A DNA stretch of 64,000 bases from contig CAWDTA010000002.1 in the NCBI GenBank assembly GCA_963805085.1, positions 864,001 to 928,000 of the forward strand, written 5' to 3'. Both the position numbers and the translations under genes were made by a program. This document shows, piece after piece, positions 48,842 to 58,819 of the stretch (position 1 is the stretch's first letter; every line of letters starts with the position of its first letter). The notes under the pieces are model-generated. The model did no database searches and had not been told where the DNA came from. It saw only the letters and a program-made list of their open reading frames with translations. Source of the DNA: an uncultured Veillonellaceae bacterium. Its GTDB lineage: Bacteria > Bacillota > Negativicutes > JARBTT01.

Positions 48842-49870
48842 ATGAGTTTAAGAATAGATCATATTACAAAAAAATTTGATACAGCGATAGCTCTTTCAGA
48901 AATTAATATGGAAATTAGAGGTGGAGAATTTATATCTATTTTGGGTCCTTCCGGCTGTGGGAAAACTACATTATTGCGTATCATTGCTGGTTTTTTACTA
49001 CCAACAAGTGGTGAAATTCATTTTAATAATAGGTTATACGCTAGCAGTAGTTGTTCAATTCCTGTAGAAAAACGTAATCTGGGTATGGTTTTTCAATCCT
49101 TTGCCCTGTGGCCACACATGACGGTCAAAGAACACCTAGCATTTCCGTTGCGAAATCAAGCGCAAAAACGAAGTAAAGAAGAAGAAAATGGTATCATTAA
49201 AAAAATTCTTGCAGTGACCGGGTTGGAGAAATTAGCTGAGAGTTTGCCAGGAGAATTATCTGGTGGACAGCAGCAAAGGGTTTCTTTGGCTAGAGCCATT
49301 ATAAATAAGCCTAATCTTTTGCTTATGGATGAACCACTCAGTGCGTTAGATGCTGAACTTAAAATCAATATGCGGCAAGAAATACAGAAGATACATAAAA
49401 TCACTGGAGCGACAATTCTTTACGTCACGCATGACCAAAGTGAAGCGTTGGCTATGTCAGATCGTATTGTGGTAATGAAAGATGGACATATTGAACAGAT
49501 TGGCACGCCTGAAGAAATTTATACAAAGCCAGAAACGCTTTTTGTGGCAGCTTTTGTTGGTAGACATAATATGATTTCAGGAAAGTGGGATGGGAACCAG
49601 TTTAGTTGCAAAAATGGTGCTGTTTTTACGGCTGTACCACCAGCCGAGTGCTTTGTGGAAGCAGGAATTTGTCCCCTTCGTCCAGAAGAACTTGTGCCAA
49701 ATCAGAATCCTACTGGTATTCCTGTAGAAATTGTCAATCAGCAATACAATGGAAGAGAATTTCTCTATACTGCTGTTGATTGTGAGAAAAATTTTTATCA
49801 TTTTTATGCAACAGCGACAATGACTTTATCAGTTGGACAAAAAATATATTTAACAAAGAAAGCTTCTTAA
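48842..49870 (+). CDS. ABC transporter ATP-binding protein
   Basis: GPSGCGKT, LSGGQQQR, MDEPLSALD, VTHDQ. Confidence 0.95.
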   Translation: MSLRIDHITKKFDTAIALSEINMEIRGGEFISILGPSGCGKTTLLRIIAGFLLPTSGEIHFNNRLYASSSCSIPVEKRNLGMVFQSFALWPHMTVKEHLAFPLRNQAQKRSKEEENGIIKKILAVTGLEKLAESLPGELSGGQQQRVSLARAIINKPNLLLMDEPLSALDAELKINMRQEIQKIHKITGATILYVTHDQSEALAMSDRIVVMKDGHIEQIGTPEEIYTKPETLFVAAFVGRHNMISGKWDGNQFSCKNGAVFTAVPPAECFVEAGICPLRPEELVPNQNPTGIPVEIVNQQYNGREFLYTAVDCEKNFYHFYATATMTLSVGQKIYLTKKAS

Positions 49871-49873
49871 AAG

Positions 49874-49912
49874 GTCTATCCTTTGGCTACATGCTGAGGG
49901 ATAGATTTTTTT
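49874..49912 (+). terminator. Terminator hairpin containing right copy of the direct repeat
   Basis: gtctatcctttggctacatgctgagggataga plus T run; near-identical to 45029-45061. Confidence 0.75.
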
Positions 49913-50038
49913 GCTTTTGCATGTATTTCTATTATTTTATTAAAAAAATAGAAATAAAAGCAGGTTTTTAGAATTTTTTGCCAAATTTAAATAGTGTGAA
50001 AATACTGGTTATTATTTTTGTCATAGGCGGAGGTAAAG

Positions 50039-52744
50039 ATGAAGCGAATTGAGCATGTTTTTGAAATGGTAAAACAATTATGTAGCAAACAGTGTTTAGG
50101 CGCTGGCGTAAGCACTGATGAAGTGGCTTCTCAACTAGGGATTCAACGATCCAATGCTTCTGGCGATTTAAATGAGCTGGTGAAAGCAGGCAGATTAGAG
50201 AAAATCGAGGGTAAGCCAGTTTTATATAAAATAGGCGACAGTATTAGCAAAAGCAGCGGGAGCGGGCCTGATGTGTCTTGTATTATGGATCACATAATTG
50301 GCGCAAATAAAAGTTTAAAAACTGCTGTTCAACAAGCAAAGGCAGCGGTGATGTATCCGCCGTTAGGGCTTCATACATTACTTCTTGGTGAAACTGGTGT
50401 TGGAAAGTCGATGTTTGCCGAATGCATTTATCATTATGCCAAAGACATTGGGCATTTGAAAACGGATGCTCCTTTTGTGACTTTTAACTGCGCCGATTAT
50501 GCGCATAATCCTCAATTGTTATTAGCGCAATTATTTGGAGCGAAAAAAGGTAGTTATACGGGAGCAGAGCGTGATCGGACCGGATTGGTAGAAAAAGCGA
50601 ATCACGGGATTATGTTTTTGGATGAAGTGCATCGTTTGCCGCCAGAGGGACAGGAAATGCTGTTCTACTTAATCGATAAGGGTGCATTTCGCAGTATGGG
50701 TGATATTGAGGCTTATCAAAAGGTAGAAGTGCTCATTATTTGTGCGACAACGGAAAATACGGATTCTACTCTGCTTCGGACATTTACGCGCAGGATTCCA
50801 ATGATTATTAAATTACCGCCAATTAGAGAACGGACGATGAACGAACGATGGGAATTAATTAAGTGTTTTTTCCAAAGGGAAGCACAATGCTTAAAAGTGC
50901 CGATTGGGATTTCACCGAATTCGTTAAAGGCATTTTTGCTTTATGATTGTACGAATAATATTGGTCAATTAAAAAATGATATTAAGCTTAGCTGTGCCAA
51001 AGCATTTTTGGAATATGTGGGAAGCAAAGATAAAATGCTAAAGGTGTGTAGTGAAGATTTGCCTGAATATATTAGGCGTGGCTTTGTAAAATACAAGGAA
51101 CATCGCGGCGAACTTGATAAGCTTGGGGTAACCGATGAAATTGTTTTCCATGCTTCAGAGGAGGCGTGTTTTGCTGTAGAAGGTAAAAACACAACCAATA
51201 TTTATGAAGCATTAGAAGAAAAAATGATGGATCTTAAAGCAAAAGGCATGAGCGAGGCAGATATTCAGCTGATTATGGCGATGGATATTGAAACATATGT
51301 CAAAAAGTATATGGTTAAGTTTCGCCAAGGAAATCTCGAAGAACTATATAAAATCGTAGACAGGAAGATCGTCGAAGTTACGCAAGCCTTTTTGCGATAT
51401 GCTGGCGAGAAGCTAGAACGCCAATATGATGACAACATCTTATTTGGGATGAGTATCCACCTTTCTAGCTCGTTAGAGCGTATTCATGAAGGGCGGGAAA
51501 TCGTAAACCCTTACCTTGCTGAGACACAGAAATTATATGCGAAAGAATATGCTGTGGCGGAGCATTTTAGTGTGCTGATACAAAAATATTTCAACCTGAC
51601 GGTACCTGTAGAGGAAAGTGGTTTTATTACGATGTTTCTTGCTTTTGATGATTATATCGAAAAGGCAAATACAGGCAGGGTTGGGGTTATTGTCGCCATG
51701 CATGGTGCTAGTACAGCAAGTTCTATGGCAGATGTAGTAAATCGGCTATTGGGGGAAAAACATGTGGTGGGTTATGATATGCCACTAGATCAAAAGACGG
51801 AAACTGCCTTGGAGGAAATTACTAAGCTGGTAGAATTGCATAATGAGGGAAATGGAGTCATTATGCTGGTCGATATGGGGTCCTTGGTCATGTTTGGTGA
51901 TATGATTTATGAACGCACCTCGATACCGATCAAGACTGTAGAAATGGTGAGTACGCCAATGGTGCTGGAGGCCTCGCGTAAGTCTTTGATGCGAATCTCG
52001 CTAGCTGAGATCTATTATGCTGTGACTAATTTAAGCCCTTATCTTGGACGGATGCATGGCAATGTATTTCACGATCAGTTGAAGGACAATGTGATCGTTA
52101 CAGCTTGCATTACTGGGCAAGGGACAGCGATTAAATTAAAAAATATGCTTGAAAAGCTATTATGTGAAAAAGGCAAAAAAATTGATGTTATTCCAATTGA
52201 GATTAGTAGTATGGAAAGTTTTCAGCGCACCCTAATCAAAGTAAAACAAGAAAAAAATCTGATTGCGGTAGTCAGTAGCCTGAAACCACAAGATCCAACC
52301 ATCAAATATATCTCAACAAAACAGTTAATCGAAGGTGATGTAGGACTGTTATTTCCAGAGGCAGTGAGTGAAACACGTGTAACCGAACTTGTCTTAGATA
52401 AGTTACAGTTTATGCAAGAGGTAATTAATGAAAACCTTACGATTGATGGCGATCAGTTTATGCGGTCTTGGAATGATTTTTATGCAGAATTGAAACGAAG
52501 AAATATGATGCTCAGTGAAGAGGTTGGTATCGGGTTAATTATGCATTTGGCTTGCGTAGTCGAAAAATTAATTCATGGTGAGGCTATCGATTATTCTCGG
52601 CAGAGTAAAGATTTTGATCAAGATCAATATTGTGAGAGCTGTGAGGCGATAGCGATTTCTTTGCAGTCGTTAGAAGAAAGCTTTGGTATAAAGTTAGCAA
52701 CGCAAGAACATGAAAATGTGATAAAACTAATGTACCGTCTTTAA
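50039..52744 (+). CDS. Sigma-54-dependent PTS-regulated activator (LevR/CelR-like)
   Basis: N-terminal HTH; AAA GETGVGKS, GSYTGA, FLDEVH; PRD; EIIA-Man (AMHGASTASSM); EIIB (CITGQGTA); PRD. Confidence 0.93.
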   Translation: MKRIEHVFEMVKQLCSKQCLGAGVSTDEVASQLGIQRSNASGDLNELVKAGRLEKIEGKPVLYKIGDSISKSSGSGPDVSCIMDHIIGANKSLKTAVQQAKAAVMYPPLGLHTLLLGETGVGKSMFAECIYHYAKDIGHLKTDAPFVTFNCADYAHNPQLLLAQLFGAKKGSYTGAERDRTGLVEKANHGIMFLDEVHRLPPEGQEMLFYLIDKGAFRSMGDIEAYQKVEVLIICATTENTDSTLLRTFTRRIPMIIKLPPIRERTMNERWELIKCFFQREAQCLKVPIGISPNSLKAFLLYDCTNNIGQLKNDIKLSCAKAFLEYVGSKDKMLKVCSEDLPEYIRRGFVKYKEHRGELDKLGVTDEIVFHASEEACFAVEGKNTTNIYEALEEKMMDLKAKGMSEADIQLIMAMDIETYVKKYMVKFRQGNLEELYKIVDRKIVEVTQAFLRYAGEKLERQYDDNILFGMSIHLSSSLERIHEGREIVNPYLAETQKLYAKEYAVAEHFSVLIQKYFNLTVPVEESGFITMFLAFDDYIEKANTGRVGVIVAMHGASTASSMADVVNRLLGEKHVVGYDMPLDQKTETALEEITKLVELHNEGNGVIMLVDMGSLVMFGDMIYERTSIPIKTVEMVSTPMVLEASRKSLMRISLAEIYYAVTNLSPYLGRMHGNVFHDQLKDNVIVTACITGQGTAIKLKNMLEKLLCEKGKKIDVIPIEISSMESFQRTLIKVKQEKNLIAVVSSLKPQDPTIKYISTKQLIEGDVGLLFPEAVSETRVTELVLDKLQFMQEVINENLTIDGDQFMRSWNDFYAELKRRNMMLSEEVGIGLIMHLACVVEKLIHGEAIDYSRQSKDFDQDQYCESCEAIAISLQSLEESFGIKLATQEHENVIKLMYRL

Positions 52745-52804
52745 ATTTTATTTGAAATTTTTAATGAGGCGTAAGCAAATTCATGATAAAAGGAGCGATT
52801 TTGC

Positions 52805-54124
52805 ATGAAGGGATTGGTTCGCTGGTTAGAAAAGTACTTTATGCCAATTGCAAGTAAGGTTGGGCAACAGCGGCACCTAAAAGCATTACGTGATGGGATC
52901 GTTGCAATGATTCCTTTATTATTGATCGGCTCATTCTTCTTGATTATGGCGTTTCCCCCCATTCCAGTTTTGGCAGATTTCGTAGCGCCTTATGTGGATA
53001 GCTTGCTGACCGTGGTGAATGCTACGTTTAATATTTTGGCGCTGATCGTTGCTTTTTCCACTGCGTATTCTTTAGCGAATTCTTATAAGTTGGATACAGT
53101 AGCGGCTGGAAGTTTTAGTGTTTCAGTGTTTCTCCTAGCTACGCTGACAAAATCAGGTAGCATTAATCTGGAGTTACTGGGCAGTAAAGGATTGTTCGTT
53201 GCAGTTATCTTGGCATTTCTAGTGGTAGAAATGCAAAGAATAATGATAAAAAAAAATATTGTCATCAACATGCCTGAAGGAGTTCCCCCGGCGGTTTCTC
53301 GTTCTTTTGTAGCATTGATCCCTGGATTTGCTATCGTGGTGATGGTATGGTTGTTCAATTGTATCTTGTTAAAGACCACGGGGTTGTCAATTTATGGTGC
53401 GATTAACCAAGTTGTTACGATTCCCCTACTTGATTTGGGGGGGAATATCTTTGCAACGCTTATTGCGATTTTTGTAGGACAAGTGTTGTGGTGCTTTGGA
53501 CTGCATGGGACTGCCTTGGTTGATGGCATCATGAGGCCGATTTGGATGACGTTTAGTCAGCAAAATGCTGTAGCTAAAGCCGCCGGAGAAATGATTCCCA
53601 ATATTTTTTCGCAGCAATTTGTTGAGACGTTTGTACTCATTGGTGGATCAGGTACTACGCTGGCTTTGGCGGTACTCTTAGTTACTATGGTGAAGTCAAA
53701 GCAATTGAAAGCTTTAGGAAAAATGGCGATTTGGCCAGCTATCTTTAATATTAATGAAATCATTATATTTGGCATGCCGATTGTTATGAATCCAATTATG
53801 TGGATTCCGTTCATCTTAGCCCCAGTCATTTGTTCTCTGATTACTTACTTTGCCCTTGTTACTGGCCTAGTTGATCGTCCCTACGCTTACGTTCCTTGGA
53901 CAACCCCAGCACTTTTCAGTGGTTTTTTGGTAACGGGTGATTGGAAGGCAAGTGTGTTGCAGTTTGTCAATTTTATCGTTGCAACATTGCTTTACTATCC
54001 GTTTTTAAAGACACTAGACAATGCTAAGGTGCTTGAAGAACAAGGAGGAGAAAGTAGTAATAGTGGTGAAAGTATAGCCGATAGTAATGAAAAAGAAACT
54101 GTAACTTTAGGTACTACCTCGTAG
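52805..54124 (+). CDS. PTS cellobiose/lactose-family EIIC, copy 1
   Basis: QRHLKALRDG, MPEGVPPAVSRSF, GLHG, GGSGTT, FNINE, PWTTP. Confidence 0.93.
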   Translation: MKGLVRWLEKYFMPIASKVGQQRHLKALRDGIVAMIPLLLIGSFFLIMAFPPIPVLADFVAPYVDSLLTVVNATFNILALIVAFSTAYSLANSYKLDTVAAGSFSVSVFLLATLTKSGSINLELLGSKGLFVAVILAFLVVEMQRIMIKKNIVINMPEGVPPAVSRSFVALIPGFAIVVMVWLFNCILLKTTGLSIYGAINQVVTIPLLDLGGNIFATLIAIFVGQVLWCFGLHGTALVDGIMRPIWMTFSQQNAVAKAAGEMIPNIFSQQFVETFVLIGGSGTTLALAVLLVTMVKSKQLKALGKMAIWPAIFNINEIIIFGMPIVMNPIMWIPFILAPVICSLITYFALVTGLVDRPYAYVPWTTPALFSGFLVTGDWKASVLQFVNFIVATLLYYPFLKTLDNAKVLEEQGGESSNSGESIADSNEKETVTLGTTS

Positions 54125-54162
54125 GATTATTTTAAAAATTAGGCTTGGAAAGGGAGCTGTTT

Positions 54163-54465
54163 ATGAATATCATTTTAGTATGTTCGTCAGGTATGTCTAC
54201 CAGTCTCTTAGTCCGTAAAATGATAGCCGAGGGTGAAAATCGAGGTTTAAAAGAACTTCATATTTTAGCCTGTTCTATTGATGAATTAGAAGGTCGTATA
54301 GATCAGTTTGATGTGGTATTGATTGGCCCTCAGCTTCGTTATCGGGAACACGAGGTTGCTGAGCTGACTCAACCTAGAAATAAAAAATATGCTGTGATAG
54401 ATTTGATGAGTTATGGCATGATGAATGGTAAAAAAGTATTGGATCAAGCATTAGATTTATTGTAA
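54163..54465 (+). CDS. PTS cellobiose-family EIIB, copy 1
   Basis: LVCSSGMSTSLL, LIGPQ, YGMMNG. Confidence 0.92.
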   Translation: MNIILVCSSGMSTSLLVRKMIAEGENRGLKELHILACSIDELEGRIDQFDVVLIGPQLRYREHEVAELTQPRNKKYAVIDLMSYGMMNGKKVLDQALDLL

Positions 54466-54497
54466 TAGATGAACTAGACACGAAAGAAGGGATAGTA

Positions 54498-54842
54498 ATG
54501 GATCTCGAACAGGTTGCGTTTAAAATTATTTTGTATGCAGGCAACGCCCGTAGCTATTATTTTGAGGCGTTACGGCTGGCAAGAGAAGGCGATTTTTTTA
54601 AAGCAAAAGAGCTAGTAAACAAGGCGAAACAAGAAATCATTGAAGCGCATCATTGCCAAAGCCTACTCCTCCAACAAGAAGCGGGCGGGCATAAGACGGA
54701 GTTGAGCTTGGTACTGATTCATGCTCAAGACCATTTAATGAATACGATTTTAGCCCAAGATTTGATTCAAGAAATGATTTTGATGTATGAAAAACAGCGG
54801 GAAAACAATGTGAAGCGTGAGAAAGATACGAAAGCATTATAA
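54498..54842 (+). CDS. PTS cellobiose-family EIIA, copy 1
   Basis: AGNARS, AH..Q, IHAQDHLM. Confidence 0.92.
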   Translation: MDLEQVAFKIILYAGNARSYYFEALRLAREGDFFKAKELVNKAKQEIIEAHHCQSLLLQQEAGGHKTELSLVLIHAQDHLMNTILAQDLIQEMILMYEKQRENNVKREKDTKAL

Positions 54843-54868
54843 ATATAAATACAAAAATAATGTAAAAG

Positions 54869-54909
54869 AGGCAGAAATCTAAGCGAATAGCTAAAGATTT
54901 CTGCCTTTT
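54869..54909 (+). terminator. Terminator after the regulator-PTS1 operon
   Basis: aggcagaaatct / agatttctgcct plus T run. Confidence 0.75.
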
Positions 54910-55109
54910 GTGTTTTGGTTCTAGTAGTTGATTGTTTATTGGAGAAATACTATAAGCTTTCAGCCGCTGTAATCTGATAAAAATTTTACAATACAAATAG
55001 CAATACACAACAATACACGTTTATGTAAAAAGGGCTTTTATATAAAATAGAAAAGGACAACTGCTGAATTGTCAGGCTTTTCAAATAATTTGGACACTGC
55101 TATGTGTAT

Positions 55110-55125
55110 TGGCATGCTTCTTGCA
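55110..55125 (+). promoter_or_regulatory. Sigma-54 (-24/-12) promoter
   Basis: TGGCATGCTTCTTGCA with exact GG-N10-GC spacing; cognate LevR-type activator upstream. Confidence 0.85.
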
Positions 55126-55244
55126 AATATTTTAGTTGCGTAACAGTAAAGTAATAAGGAAAGGGGGAGAGTAAGCGGTAGGTTAAGATCGCTAGGTGGT
55201 GTTAATGCAATAGTAACAAAGAAAAAGAAAAGGAGCGTTATTTT

Positions 55245-56543
55245 ATGGACGGAATTATTAAGTGGCTTGAAGAAAGCTATATGCCGATTGCTTCACGCAT
55301 TGGAGAGCAGAGGCATTTAAAAGCAATTAGAGATGGTATCGTAGCCCTTATACCTTTATTATTGATTGGCTCATTGTTCCTTATTTTAGCTTTTCCTCCT
55401 ATTCCAGTATTAGCAGAGATGGTAAAACCTTACGTTGGAAATTTATGCTCAGTTAACAATGCGACAATGGGACTAATGGGGCTGATGGCAGCATTTTCAG
55501 TTGCTTACTCATTGGCGAATTCTTATAAAATGGATCCGTTGGCAAATTCTTTATTTAGTGTTGCTGCTTTTATGTTAGCTACACCTTTTACCAAGGATGG
55601 TAATATTACATCGGCGTGGATGGGCAGCAAAGGTTTATTTGTTGCGATGCTATCAGCGATCCTAGTAGTAGAGATACAAAGATATATGATTAGAAAAAAT
55701 TTAGTTTTTAAAATGCCGGAAGGTGTACCACCGGCAGTAGCTCGTTCTTTCACGGCTCTACTTCCAGGATTTTTTTCTGTAGCTTTTATTTGGTTTATAA
55801 ATAGTATCTTGCTTACTAGTCAAACCAATATACAAGATGTTATTTATAAAATTCTTGCGGCGCCAATTCTTAGCATGGGTGGTAGCTTACCAGCATTTTT
55901 GCTTTGTATTCTTTTTGCTCAATTATTGTGGTGCGTTGGTATCCATGGAGCTGCATTGGTGCAAGGGATCATGAGTCCGGTATGGTATGCATTAGCAGAG
56001 CAAAATGCTGCTGCTAAAGCTGCTGGCGAGGCTCTACCTAACATTGTTTGTAACCAGTTGTGGGATGTATATGCTTTGATTGGTGGATCTGGAGCAACGT
56101 TAGCATTGGCATTTATGCTACTGATGGCTAGCAAATCTAGACAACTTAAAGTTCTTGGTAAGTCAGCGATTATACCTTCGTTATTCAACATCAATGAGCC
56201 AATTCTTTTTGGTATGCCGATTGTAATGAATCCTGTGATTATGATTCCATTTATATTTGCTCCAATAATATCAGCTACAATTGCATATTTCGCAATTGAT
56301 GCTGGTCTAGTAGAAAAGCTGTTTGCTATCGCACCATGGACGACGCCACCAATTATTAATGCTTTCCTTGATACAGGTGATATCAAAGCAGCTGTACTGC
56401 AATTAGGCTGTTTCTTTGTAATTGGTGTTATTTACTATCCGTTCTTTAAAATGTGGGATAAAGCAAAGGTAAAAGAAGAAAAGCTTACTGCAATTGATAC
56501 ATCAGAAACTAAAGTTACACCATCACAAGGATTTCATGTGTAA
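55245..56543 (+). CDS. PTS cellobiose/lactose-family EIIC, copy 2
   Basis: QRHLKAIRDG, GIHG, GGSGAT, FNINEP; paralogue of 52805. Confidence 0.93.
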   Translation: MDGIIKWLEESYMPIASRIGEQRHLKAIRDGIVALIPLLLIGSLFLILAFPPIPVLAEMVKPYVGNLCSVNNATMGLMGLMAAFSVAYSLANSYKMDPLANSLFSVAAFMLATPFTKDGNITSAWMGSKGLFVAMLSAILVVEIQRYMIRKNLVFKMPEGVPPAVARSFTALLPGFFSVAFIWFINSILLTSQTNIQDVIYKILAAPILSMGGSLPAFLLCILFAQLLWCVGIHGAALVQGIMSPVWYALAEQNAAAKAAGEALPNIVCNQLWDVYALIGGSGATLALAFMLLMASKSRQLKVLGKSAIIPSLFNINEPILFGMPIVMNPVIMIPFIFAPIISATIAYFAIDAGLVEKLFAIAPWTTPPIINAFLDTGDIKAAVLQLGCFFVIGVIYYPFFKMWDKAKVKEEKLTAIDTSETKVTPSQGFHV

Positions 56544-56603
56544 GGTGCAAACAGTACAGCGAAAATAAAAAAATAAATGGTTGAATATAAGGAGAGATAA
56601 AAA

Positions 56604-57959
56604 ATGAAAAAAAGTTTGAGTACGCTTTTAGCATTAACATTTTCGTTAGGCATTACTGGTACAGCATTTGCTGAAAGTATTTTTTCTGACGTCCCTGAAA
56701 ATCATTGGAGTTATGGTGCTGTAAATCAATTGGCAAAAGACGGTATCATTGAAGGTTATACAGACGGAACCTATAAAGGTGATCATATTTTAAGCCGCTA
56801 TGAAATGGCGATCATTGTTGGCAGGGCTGTTACAAAAATGGAAAAGGCCAATGCGGAGGATCAAGCTTTGATCAAAAAATTGGAAGCAGAGTATTCCTCA
56901 GAGTTAAATAAATTAAATGATAAATATGATAAATTGGATAAAAGAGTCGATAATGTAATGCTCAGTGGTTTTGTAAGAACAAAATATGACGGTGATACAT
57001 GCGATGGGGATCGTAGTACTTCTGTAAATAAACATTTTTATATGAATTTAGAAGGAAAATTGAAAGTCGATGACCAGTGGGATGCACATTTCCAAAGTGA
57101 AACTCGCAAAGGTTATACGGCAAACGGACAATATTGGAGAGATGGTAAAATAGCGAACGACGACCAAGATGGTACTTTGCAGAGAATCTGGGTCGAAGGG
57201 AAAAGCGGACAGACTGGCGTAATCATAGGCAAAAAATGGTGGGGCTATGGTTTCCAAAATGTCGCTTTCGGGCATGCCGCTGATGGGGTTCAACTTGATT
57301 ACAATTTTTCACCAAATTGGAAAGGCAGTGTATTTAGTTTAAGACCAGCCCAATCTGCGTTGATTAGTATGGGAAATGGACAAGACGATAAAGGTCAAGA
57401 CCCTAATACAGGTGTAATATATAACGACAAAGGATATTCAACGAATATTAGAGGGGTGAATTTTATTGGTAAATTAGCACCAAATTTGGAAACCAATATA
57501 GTGCTTGCTAGTAATGATCACAAAGAAGCGGAAAAAATGGACCGTTGGGGTTCGGTAGATTTGAGAACAAGACTAAATCAAAATTTAACGCTTACAACAA
57601 CCTATACAAGGACAAATGCTGACGATTTTAATGACGGTGAAGAATATAGATTAGATTATAAGGACACAGATTTAAATAAAGTGGGTTCGTTTGGTGCTTA
57701 TATACGTTATGTTAATTTTAATAAATATAGCGATGCTTCACACGATGATGAATGGGGTTCCTTACCAGGAGATATGAAAGGAGTATTTTTAGGCATAAAG
57801 TATGTACCATATAAAAATGTACAATGGGAAACCTTCTACTCCGATCAAAAACTAAATATTTCTGGAACTACTACTAGTAATTACAATTATGGAACAGGAC
57901 CAGTAGCAAAAGATGCAAAGAGACATTTAATTCGTACACAACTAGATTTCCATTTCTAA
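56604..57959 (+). CDS. SLH-domain outer-membrane porin (OmpM-like)
   Basis: Signal peptide ending AFA; SLH FSDVPENHWSY..GIIEGY..RYEMA; coiled coil; beta-barrel ending in F. Confidence 0.88.
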   Translation: MKKSLSTLLALTFSLGITGTAFAESIFSDVPENHWSYGAVNQLAKDGIIEGYTDGTYKGDHILSRYEMAIIVGRAVTKMEKANAEDQALIKKLEAEYSSELNKLNDKYDKLDKRVDNVMLSGFVRTKYDGDTCDGDRSTSVNKHFYMNLEGKLKVDDQWDAHFQSETRKGYTANGQYWRDGKIANDDQDGTLQRIWVEGKSGQTGVIIGKKWWGYGFQNVAFGHAADGVQLDYNFSPNWKGSVFSLRPAQSALISMGNGQDDKGQDPNTGVIYNDKGYSTNIRGVNFIGKLAPNLETNIVLASNDHKEAEKMDRWGSVDLRTRLNQNLTLTTTYTRTNADDFNDGEEYRLDYKDTDLNKVGSFGAYIRYVNFNKYSDASHDDEWGSLPGDMKGVFLGIKYVPYKNVQWETFYSDQKLNISGTTTSNYNYGTGPVAKDAKRHLIRTQLDFHF

Positions 57960-58106
57960 AGTGACAAGGTTAACTAAAAAGAGTGCTATTTGTATCTAAA
58001 CAGTTATTTGAACTTAATACCAGCGAGTAAATGAGGCTGGAATGCATAGAAAAGTGTGATTGGTAAGTTATTTTTGCAATGAATTTTACATAAAAGGGAG
58101 GAATGT

Positions 58107-58409
58107 ATGATGAAAATTATATTAGTTTGCTCAGCTGGTATGTCGACAAGTTTGTTAGTAACCAAGATGCAAAAAGAAAGTGAAGCCAGTGGAGCGCATG
58201 ACGAAATATTTGCCTGTTCAGTTGATCAATTAGAAGAGTATATTGATCAATATGACGTAGTACTGATAGGCCCGCAAATCAGGTATAAAGCCAAGAGTAT
58301 TGGTGAAATTGCTGCGGCGAAGGGGAAAACTTCAGCAGTCATTGATTCGGTAAGTTATGGTATGGTAGACGGAAAAAAAGTTCTTGCTCAGGCCTATGCC
58401 ATGCAATAA
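58107..58409 (+). CDS. PTS cellobiose-family EIIB, copy 2
   Basis: LVCSAGMSTSLLV, LIGPQ. Confidence 0.92.
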   Translation: MMKIILVCSAGMSTSLLVTKMQKESEASGAHDEIFACSVDQLEEYIDQYDVVLIGPQIRYKAKSIGEIAAAKGKTSAVIDSVSYGMVDGKKVLAQAYAMQ

Positions 58410-58434
58410 CGGTTGAATTTTTTAGGAGGCAATC

Positions 58435-58737
58435 ATGATGAATAGTGAGCAAATTGTTTTTACGATAATTATGCATGCAGGTGATGCCCGTAGTCATGCG
58501 TTAGAAGCATTAAGATATGCCCGCGAGGGTAATAGTGATGAAGCCGAAAAAAGTATGGCTAAGGCTAAAACAGAACTGGTGGAAGCTCATCATATTCAGA
58601 CTGAATTATTGCAGGCTGAGGCTCGTGGTGAAAAGCAAGAGATAAATTTGCTATTAATCCATGCGCAGGATCATTTGATGACTGCTATTTTGGCAAAAGA
58701 TTTAATTGAAGAGCTTATGTTAATCTATAAGAAGTAA
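58435..58737 (+). CDS. PTS cellobiose-family EIIA, copy 2
   Basis: AGDARS, AHHIQT, IHAQDHLM. Confidence 0.92.
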   Translation: MMNSEQIVFTIIMHAGDARSHALEALRYAREGNSDEAEKSMAKAKTELVEAHHIQTELLQAEARGEKQEINLLLIHAQDHLMTAILAKDLIEELMLIYKK

Positions 58738-58744
58738 AACAAAA

Positions 58745-58782
58745 ACAATCGATTATAAACTCCGGTTTATAATCGATTGTTT
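58745..58782. repeat. Perfect intra-operon hairpin
   Basis: aacaatcgattataaac-tccg-gtttataatcgattgtt. Confidence 0.6.
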
Positions 58783-58819
58783 CTAAATGTGGACATTTTT
58801 AAAAAAGGAGATCATTAAA

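Noticed and set aside
58061-58078. Second sigma-54 promoter (tggtaagttatttttgca)
   Set aside because: GG-GC spacing is 12 nt rather than the required 10
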